A stretch of DNA of 64,000 nucleotides, taken from positions 297,329 to 361,328 of the forward strand of contig NZ_JAPNJX010000021.1 in the NCBI RefSeq assembly GCF_026626685.1. The letters run 5' to 3'. Below are positions 57,767 to 64,000 of this stretch, piece by piece. The notes below the pieces were generated by a model. It ran no database searches and had not been told where the DNA came from. It was given only the letters and a program-made list of their open reading frames with translations. The DNA comes from Nannocystis sp. SCPEA4. GTDB taxonomy: Bacteria > Myxococcota_A > Polyangia > Nannocystales > Nannocystaceae. Every line of letters starts with the position of its first letter. Positions within the stretch are counted from its first letter, which is position 1. A program made the translations under genes and the position numbers.

Positions 57767-58530
57767 GCCGCGCGCCAGGCCGACAGCGCCGGCAGCCCCG
57801 CCGCCTGCAGGCCCGGCACGATCACCTCGTTCACGGTGGCGAAGAACAGCCGCCGCGCCGCCAGGCCGTCACACACCCCGAGCGCCTCGGCCGCGCTCGA
57901 CGGGCTCGGACGCGCCGGCAGGTGGGCCAGCTCGTGCGTCGCCAGGTCGTCGAGCGCGATCACCAGGTAGTCGGCGAGCCGCTCGCGCAGCGCCGGCGAC
58001 AGCGACGGCGCCAGGTCCTCGAGCAGCCGCCAGCCGAACCGCGCGTGCCCGACCTCGTCGGCGAGGATCTCCGCCAGCAGCCGCTGCAGCGCCGGCGGCC
58101 CGGCGGTCCGCCGCTCGGCATCGATCAGCGCCACCGCCACCGTCTCGCTCAGGCACGACACGCTGATCACGTTGCGCAGCACCGCCTCGAGCGGGTCGGC
58201 GTCCTCGTGCTCGGGCACCGGGGGCAGCGCCGGCAGCTCGATCACCGGCTCGCCGCCGAGCACCTCGACCACCGCCGCGCAGCGGTCGGCGTGCAGCCAC
58301 TCCTCCGCGACCATCGCCGCCACCCGGGCCGGGCGATCGGCGCGCACCCCGGCGCGCTCGAGCTGGCGCGCCAGCGCCGTGAACACGCGCGCCGACACGT
58401 GCTCGTTGAGCATGCGCCCGCGCCAGGTGAGGATCGCCGACGCGCGATCGAGTTCGTCGAGCTCGTCGAGCGCGCGCGGCTCGAGTCGGAGATCGGCGCG
58501 CCGCGCCGCCCCGCGCAGATCGAGGCTCAT
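57712..58530 (-). CDS. Ferritin-like (di-iron four-helix-bundle-like) domain protein
   Basis: 272 aa starting MSLDLRGAARR...; E..H motifs (NEHVSARVF, AEEWLHADR, DEVGHARF); ATG overlaps the upstream lipoprotein stop (ATGA); 3' end overlaps the LysR gene by ~55 bp (convergent). Confidence 0.5.
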   Translation of the reverse strand: MSLDLRGAARRADLRLEPRALDELDELDRASAILTWRGRMLNEHVSARVFTALARQLERAGVRADRPARVAAMVAEEWLHADRCAAVVEVLGGEPVIELPALPPVPEHEDADPLEAVLRNVISVSCLSETVAVALIDAERRTAGPPALQRLLAEILADEVGHARFGWRLLEDLAPSLSPALRERLADYLVIALDDLATHELAHLPARPSPSSAAEALGVCDGLAARRLFFATVNEVIVPGLQAAGLPALSAWRAAQEMGVWASSAASARYTD

Positions 58531-59123
58531 ACCCACCTCCCGCGGGCCGCGCGGGCCCGCTGCAGTCGCTCGCCGAGCGCGGCCGGGGGCGCCGGCGGAC
58601 CCCACGGCGTGCACTGCGGCGCCGGCAGCCACTCCTGGCGCTCGCAGCAGACCCAGTCGACCTCGCCGGTGCGCATGTCGACGCAGTCGTCGAGCTCCCC
58701 CATGGTGGTGCTGCCGGTGCCCTCGTCCGTGGTCGCGCCGGAGTCGGTCTCGCCCGTGGTCGAGGTCGAGGTCGAGGTCGTCGTCGCCAGCGTCGTCGCG
58801 TCGGTCAGCAGCGTCGCCTCGCCGCTGGTCGTCGTCGCCTCGCCGCTCGTGCTCGTGGTCGCCGTCGTCGTCGCCTCCTCCGCGCCCGTGCCGGTCAGCC
58901 CCTCGCTGCCACCCGCGCTCGAGCTCGTGGTCGCCAGCGCCGTCGTGTCCGCCGCGCTCGCGCCCGTCGAGCCGTCGCTCGCCGCGTCCGTCTCGCCCTC
59001 GTTCGGCCCCGACCCGCACGCCGCGATCAGCGTGAGCACCAGGCCGGCGCGCAGCCGCGGCCGTCCGACCAGCCCCGCAGCGGCCGCCAGTGCGCGTTCG
59101 TGATGAGATGTCTTTAAAGCCAT
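58527..59123 (-). CDS. S/T-rich lipoprotein with Cys-containing C-terminus
   Basis: GGGAGGA 9 nt upstream of ATG (MALKTSHHERALAAAAGLVGRPRLRAGLVLTLIAAC, lipobox); long T/S/G/A/E region; C-terminal DDCVDMRTGEVDWVCCERQEWLPAPQCTPWG. Confidence 0.6.
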   Translation of the reverse strand: MALKTSHHERALAAAAGLVGRPRLRAGLVLTLIAACGSGPNEGETDAASDGSTGASAADTTALATTSSSAGGSEGLTGTGAEEATTTATTSTSGEATTTSGEATLLTDATTLATTTSTSTSTTGETDSGATTDEGTGSTTMGELDDCVDMRTGEVDWVCCERQEWLPAPQCTPWGPPAPPAALGERLQRARAARGRWV

Positions 59124-59270
59124 GTCGAAGATTCCTCCCGCCTCGAACATGGCTCATCGCGCGCGTACACGGAAACGATCTTGTGTTGGCGGCGCTGTAA
59201 ACCACCGGTTTACAGCGCGCTCACGGACGGAGCCGGTGAACCCCGTGGCGCCTGAAGAGGCGTGGAATGC

Positions 59271-59987
59271 TTACTGATCCCCGTCCATCAAGAGTACGAG
59301 CGCGTTGCCCTGGATGGCGACACCGAGCCGCTCCTTCTTCTCGTCGCGGCGTGCGGTCTTCACCCACTTGCGCAGCGTCTTCAATCCTTCCCACAGCTCG
59401 TCGCGGGTCTCGGCAGCGTCGGCCTCGTCGTGTGCCAGGAGGGCGACGGGCAGTGCGTCGAGCTGCTTGCGGGTCAGTGGCTCGAGCTCGGCAGCAACGA
59501 CCTCGAGATCGTCGCCTGCGATCAGCGTCCATGCCGGCCAATCCGACCTTGGTTTGCCCTTCGCCCACGGGAACGCGAAGTTCCCGCGGGCCCATGTCTT
59601 GGCCAGCCTGCGCAGCTTCAGCGCCTTCAGCAGCGGGTTCCAGCAGCCGAACTCCGCGCCCGGTACGTGGTAGGTGAGCTCCATGACGATCTCGTCGTCC
59701 GCGGCAAGCGGCTTGGCAATGTGGTTCAGCAGCAGCTCGGTGACGCGCCCGTACGCGTAGGCATCGTCGGAATTCAGCTCGCCGCCCATGATCGCGGCCA
59801 ACGCGTCGCCAGCGATCTTCGTCCCCTCTTCTTCGCTCTCGTCGCCGAGCGTCATCACCACCTCTTCGAGACTCTCCTCGTTGGCGCGGCTCTCCAGCAC
59901 GGCTTTTGCCTCGAGCTGCTTCTTGCCGACCAGCGCTTGCAGCTTCTCGGGAGACACCTTCCATCCACGCACGAAACGGTCCGACAT
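59271..59987 (-). CDS. Hypothetical cytoplasmic protein (238 aa), K/E-rich, lower-GC gene ending in TAA
   Basis: GGAGAGGGG 4-5 nt upstream of ATG; normal composition (MSDRFVRGWKVSPEKLQALVGKKQLEAKAVLESRANEESLEE...); GC and TAA stop are atypical for this genome. Confidence 0.6.
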   Translation of the reverse strand: MSDRFVRGWKVSPEKLQALVGKKQLEAKAVLESRANEESLEEVVMTLGDESEEEGTKIAGDALAAIMGGELNSDDAYAYGRVTELLLNHIAKPLAADDEIVMELTYHVPGAEFGCWNPLLKALKLRRLAKTWARGNFAFPWAKGKPRSDWPAWTLIAGDDLEVVAAELEPLTRKQLDALPVALLAHDEADAAETRDELWEGLKTLRKWVKTARRDEKKERLGVAIQGNALVLLMDGDQ

Positions 59988-60162
59988 CGACGCGCCCCTC
60001 TCCGGCCGAGCGAACCGCGATGCTCACACGGCGCCTGCGGCGATGTCCACACGGGCCACGACTCGAGGGTGCGCAGAATCAATCGATCGCTCGTCCCCGT
60101 GACGAACGCGCAAGCGCGTCGTTGTCGCGGACCTGTCCTTTCATTTCAGCGACGATACGCCC

Positions 60163-61512
60163 TCACGGCGCGAACATCGCCAGCCACGCGTCGGGATCTT
60201 CGCCCTCGCCTGCCATCACCCCCGCCGCCACGATCCGCCCGTCGGCCAGCACCGTCACCGCGTGGCCGAGGTCGTGGCCGAACTGGCCGTCGAGGTCCTT
60301 CCCCCAGCGGAGCACCCCCTCGCCCGAGAACTTGCAGAGCCGGATGTTCGTCGCCGTCTGCCCCGGCCCGTAGCCGATCGCTATCACGTCGCCCTGGCCG
60401 TCGACCGCCACCGCGCGGCCCGCCTCGCCGACGCAGTCCTGCGTCTCCCACAGCGACGCTCCGCCCTCGGCCACGCGCCGGACGAAGAACTTGCCCTTGT
60501 AGCGCTCGCCGGTGGTCACCACGTCCGCCCCCAGCAGCGCCACCCCCGAGATCAGCCCGTCCGGCGTCTCGCCCTGCTGCCACAGCGGCTCGCCGCCGTC
60601 GGCCGGGTAGGCCAGCAGCAGCTCGTGCAACGTGTCCGTGTCGCTGGCGAAGCCGACGCGCAGGGTATCGTCGGCGGCGACCGCCACCGCCGGTCCGAAG
60701 TAGTACGTCGTCTTGTGCAGCACCGGCTCTGCGCGCGTCCACTTCACCGCTCCGTCGGGCGCGTACAGCCGCGTCCACACGCTCACTTCCCCCGGCCCCT
60801 CGCTGACCTCGCCCGTCACCACCACGTCGCCCGCCGCCGTCATCACCAGCCCGGTCGCGAAGTCGCCGCCGAACCCCGAGCTCAGCGTCTCCTCCCACAC
60901 CACCTCGCCGGCGAGATCGAGGCGTCCGACCCACAGGTCCCACGCGTCCGCGTCGGACCACGTCGACCCGGCCGCGAACACCGCGTCGTCGCGCTGCGCC
61001 ACCGCGAAGATCGCCTCCGAGGTCGCGCTGCCGTCGTAGCTGCGCTCCCAGAGCATGTTGCCGTCGAGGTCGAAGCGAACGAGCCAGCGATCGTCCTGCG
61101 TGCCGTCGGGCGACCGCTGCCCGCTGATCAGCAGCGTCCCGTCGGGCGCCGCCTCGACGTCGAGGTACACGTCGGCCCCGCGCCGCTGCGACAGGTTCTG
61201 CCACAGCAGCCGCGCCGACTCCTGACAGTCGTTGTTGCAGCCGTCGCCCTCGACCGTGTTGCCGTCGTCGCACGCCTCGCCGGCGTCGACCGTCCCGTCG
61301 CCGCACGCCGGCGCCCCGCCCGTGCTCGTCCCGCTGCTCGTCGGCGTCACGCCCGTCGGCGTCGTCGACGGCTCCGACCCGCTCGTCGTCGTCATCTCTC
61401 CGGGGCTCGTCGTCCCCGTCGTCCCGCCGGTCTCCGTCGCCTCGCCGGGCGTCGGCCCCACCGGGCACCCGGTCATCACAATCACCGCCACCAACATTTC
61501 TACCTGTCTCAT
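60163..61512 (-). CDS. Lipoprotein with myxobacterial Cys-rich repeat and PQQ-like / BamB-like beta-propeller repeats
   Basis: AGGAGA ~7 nt upstream of ATG (MRQVEMLVAVIVMTGC lipobox); ACGDGTVDAGEACDDGNTVEGDGCNNDCQ; repeated hydrophobic-W motifs (NMLWERSYDG, EVVWEETL, AVKWTRAEP, EPLWQQGE, ASLWETQD, VLRWGKDLDG). Confidence 0.7.
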   Translation of the reverse strand: MRQVEMLVAVIVMTGCPVGPTPGEATETGGTTGTTSPGEMTTTSGSEPSTTPTGVTPTSSGTSTGGAPACGDGTVDAGEACDDGNTVEGDGCNNDCQESARLLWQNLSQRRGADVYLDVEAAPDGTLLISGQRSPDGTQDDRWLVRFDLDGNMLWERSYDGSATSEAIFAVAQRDDAVFAAGSTWSDADAWDLWVGRLDLAGEVVWEETLSSGFGGDFATGLVMTAAGDVVVTGEVSEGPGEVSVWTRLYAPDGAVKWTRAEPVLHKTTYYFGPAVAVAADDTLRVGFASDTDTLHELLLAYPADGGEPLWQQGETPDGLISGVALLGADVVTTGERYKGKFFVRRVAEGGASLWETQDCVGEAGRAVAVDGQGDVIAIGYGPGQTATNIRLCKFSGEGVLRWGKDLDGQFGHDLGHAVTVLADGRIVAAGVMAGEGEDPDAWLAMFAP

Positions 61513-61592
61513 GGAACATCTCCTACGAATGTCGAACAGACCCCACCCGCGCCCGCCGAGCGGACGCACGAAAACCTGCTATCGCGCGCGAA

Positions 61593-64000
61593 CTACCGCG
61601 TCCGCGCGCTCAGCCACGCGCGCAGACCATCCCTGTCCCTTGGGACATCATCGATCCGCCCGCCCGGCTCGGCGTACAGCCCCGGCGCGTACCCGCGCCG
61701 CGGCGCCAGCAGCCCGAGCCCCAGCGGCAGCACTGCGTACTCGGGCTGCAGCACGATCGCCACGCCGAGCACCGTGTCGACGCGGATCAGCGAGCCCTCC
61801 TCGCCCTCGATCGCCAGCGTTTCGTCATCGACGAACGCCATCGCCTTCATCGGCTCGGGCACCACGACCTCGCGCCCCGGATCGTCCGGCCCGGCGACGA
61901 ACCGCACCGCCGGTCCCGGCGTGGCGATTCCCAGCACCCCGCTCGGGCTGAACGCCAGCAGCGGCACGAACGGCAGCGCCATCGGCCGCTCGCGCACCGC
62001 GCCGTCGTCGTAGAACAACAGCCCATCTTCGCTCGCCAGGATCAGCGCAGCCGCCGTCCCGTCCGGGTCGAGCGCCACCCGCGGCTTCCTCGCGCGCGCG
62101 ACCGTGTCGGCGCTCGCCAGCGCGATCGGCTCGTCGTCGCCGACGTGCAACGCGAAGCTCGTGCCGGTCTCCGTGGCGGCGATCAGATCGCCGCCGGCGT
62201 GCAGGGCCCACAGCGCTTCGACCGCGCCCGGGAGCTGCCAGCGGCGCGGCTCGGCGCCGCCGGTGAACGCCAGCACCGACCCGTCCGCCAGCCCGAGCGC
62301 GAACGTCGGCGCGCGCTCGGCCAGCGCCACCGCCGTCACTTTGGCCTCGGTCGCGATCTGCCGCGCCGTCCCGTCGGCCGCGATCAGACAGGCATCCTTC
62401 GGCAGACCTGCCGCCAGCACCCGCCCCTGCCCGTCGACCGCCAGCGGCATCGTCTGGCGGTACTTGCGGTCGAGGGCCATCGGGCAGCGGATCGGCGTCC
62501 GCGCCCCGTCGCGCGCGCGCACCCGCTCGAGCCCCGCGGGCACCGCGAGCGAGCCCACCAGCGCGTGGCTGTCGTCCGGCGCCACCACCAGCCACATGTC
62601 CTTCGAGACATCCGGCATCGCGTCCGCGGGCCACCACCACAGGTCGCGCTCGTGCGTCGCCACGAACCCGCCGTCGGCCGTGAACGCGGCCCGCCCGCGC
62701 CCGCCGACCGCGAGCGACCGCACCATCACGCCCGACGCCATCCACCACAGCGTCCAGCGGCCGTCGAAGCGGATCGCGAACCGATCGCCGCGCTCTGCCA
62801 CCACCATCCCGCCGTCGTCGCCGTGCAGCGCGTGGCGTTGCTCGTTCGATCCGTACAGGTCCCGCTCCCAGCGCGTCTCACCGGTCGCCGGGTCGAGCAG
62901 CACCAGCTGCGGCTCGATCCCGAATTGCGGCGGAAAGTTCGGCTTCGGCCGCCGCACCAGCGCCAGGTCGTCGCGCGTGAACCCCAGCAGCCCGCCGCCG
63001 AGCGGGTGCGGCGAGCGATCCGACAGGCGCATCGCCGTCTCACCGGCGACCAGGTACGACCCGCTCGGCGAGAACGCCCGCGGGATCCCCAGCTCCTGCA
63101 GCTCCACCTGCGCCTCGCCCGTCACCAGCACGGTCCGGCGTCGCGGGTTCGCCACCGCGATCGTGCGCCCGTCGGGGCTCAGCGCCGCGGTGCCGACCTG
63201 GTCGAAGGGCAAGGTGTGCGATCGGGCCGGCTGCGCCGTCAAGTCCCAGGCATACGCGGCGGGCCGCGCGGGCCCGGCCAGCAGGCGCCAGCCGAGCGCC
63301 GCCAGCGTCTCGCCGCCGCGCGACAGCTCCCAGCGGTGCGTCGCGTACCACACTCCCTGGGCGGCGGGCGTCGCCGACACGTCGATCGTCTCCGGAGGCG
63401 CGTCGCCGCGGAACACCACCCCGTGACGCGCCGAGATCGCCGCCCACACCGGAGCGTCCGCGGCCGCCACCACCCAGCCGAGCGGGCTTTGCAGGTCGAT
63501 CACCTGTTCTCCGCGACCTGTCCCCAAGTTCCACTTCCACACGGCCCCGCCGGTGTCGACGCTCACCAGCCCACCGTCGGCCAGCGGCGCCAGCCGCTCG
63601 ATCGCGTGCCCGTGCCCGCGCAGCACCCGCTCCGGCGCCCCGCGAGCCACCGCCGCCTGCGCGATCAGCCGCGTCCGCCGCAGGTCGCCGTCGTCGCGCA
63701 GATCGACCTGCGCCAGCACGCGCAGCGCCTCCGCCGGATCCTCGCCCAGCACCCCCTGCGCCTGCGCCAGCAGGGCCGCGTTGGCGCGCCGCGACGCCTC
63801 GGCCTCGGCCGCCTCCGCCCGTCCGCGCGCCGCCTCCGCCGCGAGCTGCGCCGCCTGCACCCCGCGCACGTACGCCGCCGACGCGATGGCCAGCGCAAGC
63901 ACACCCAGCGCCCCGGCGACCGCCGCCGCCCGGTGTCGGCGCAGCCACAGGCGCAGCAATTCGCCCGGCTGATAGCGGTGCGCGTCGACCAGCCGCCCGG
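61593..64000 (-). CDS. WD40 / beta-propeller repeat protein with an N-proximal TM segment; the reading frame stays open to the window end, so the 5' end is probably outside the window (possibly the C-terminal part of a larger kinase-WD40 protein)
   Basis: Listed ORF 61593..63959 starts at TTG; the frame remains open through 64000. TM-like AAVAGALGVLALAIASAAYV; WD-like repeats (GHGHAIERLAPLADGGLVSVDTGGAVWKWNL ...). Confidence 0.6.
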   Translation of the reverse strand, partial: GRLVDAHRYQPGELLRLWLRRHRAAAVAGALGVLALAIASAAYVRGVQAAQLAAEAARGRAEAAEAEASRRANAALLAQAQGVLGEDPAEALRVLAQVDLRDDGDLRRTRLIAQAAVARGAPERVLRGHGHAIERLAPLADGGLVSVDTGGAVWKWNLGTGRGEQVIDLQSPLGWVVAAADAPVWAAISARHGVVFRGDAPPETIDVSATPAAQGVWYATHRWELSRGGETLAALGWRLLAGPARPAAYAWDLTAQPARSHTLPFDQVGTAALSPDGRTIAVANPRRRTVLVTGEAQVELQELGIPRAFSPSGSYLVAGETAMRLSDRSPHPLGGGLLGFTRDDLALVRRPKPNFPPQFGIEPQLVLLDPATGETRWERDLYGSNEQRHALHGDDGGMVVAERGDRFAIRFDGRWTLWWMASGVMVRSLAVGGRGRAAFTADGGFVATHERDLWWWPADAMPDVSKDMWLVVAPDDSHALVGSLAVPAGLERVRARDGARTPIRCPMALDRKYRQTMPLAVDGQGRVLAAGLPKDACLIAADGTARQIATEAKVTAVALAERAPTFALGLADGSVLAFTGGAEPRRWQLPGAVEALWALHAGGDLIAATETGTSFALHVGDDEPIALASADTVARARKPRVALDPDGTAAALILASEDGLLFYDDGAVRERPMALPFVPLLAFSPSGVLGIATPGPAVRFVAGPDDPGREVVVPEPMKAMAFVDDETLAIEGEEGSLIRVDTVLGVAIVLQPEYAVLPLGLGLLAPRRGYAPGLYAEPGGRIDDVPRDRDGLRAWLSARTR

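Noticed and set aside
59103-59135. Apparent extra copies of the CATG-period element at 59103-59135 and 61491-61537
   Set aside because: On inspection these overlap the RBS, start codon and first codons of two lipoprotein genes (MALKTSHHE... with GGGAGGA upstream; MRQVEMLVAV... with AGGAGA upstream). The resemblance is limited to two loosely matching units, so I treat them as coding or translation-initiation sequence.

Overview
This 64 kb window is a high-GC (~70%) chromosomal segment that looks myxobacterial. The evidence is a MYXO-CTERM sorting tail on a subtilisin-like protease, Cys-rich CxxCDxxDxxxxPGAxExC repeats, many Ser/Thr kinases fused to AAA/TPR modules, and lipoproteins with S/T/G-rich linkers. 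I support about 50 protein genes, three adjacent tRNA-Ser genes with different anticodons (GCU, GGA, CGA), one degraded efflux-pump/IS remnant and one non-coding repeat family.

Gene content:
- Two large STAND-type Ser/Thr kinases. One (1678 aa) also carries GAF and histidine-kinase domains. The other sits head-to-tail ahead of two FAD oxidoreductase genes.
- A surface module: two paralogous ~1,050 aa FG-GAP/VCBS beta-propeller lipoproteins flanking a MYXO-CTERM S8 protease, followed by a small secreted Cys-rich peptide gene and another beta-propeller lipoprotein.
- A MlaFED-like lipid-transport operon with a STAS-MlaE fusion and a PqiC-like lipoprotein.
- A radical-SAM/SPASM enzyme lying tail-to-tail with adenosylhomocysteinase.
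- A decayed patch: RND efflux pump fragments plus an rve-family transposase tail, next to a lower-GC metallo-beta-lactamase-fold hydrolase.
- Assorted regulators (2 LysR, 1 AraC), hydrolases and lipoproteins.

The most unusual signal is non-coding. A family of tandem arrays has a strict 14 bp period: a 10-mer with core G(G/A)ACATG(T/C)CC, close to the perfect palindrome GGACATGTCC, followed by a 4-nt spacer. Arrays of 2-6 in-phase copies occur at seven or more intergenic loci, best developed at 51.5-51.8 kb (5 + 4 copies) and 55.36-55.44 kb (6 copies). They often sit between convergent gene ends. Their coordinates and function (REP-like element or protein-binding array) are open questions.

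Other leads are a 21-codon ORF with a strong RBS whose stop overlaps the radical-SAM/SPASM start (ATGA), and the 80-aa secreted Cys-rich peptide preceded by TTCACG repeats and a palindrome.

Most long ORFs in the supplied track that are rich in R/G/A/P are antisense artefacts of real genes in this GC-rich DNA. I rejected them.
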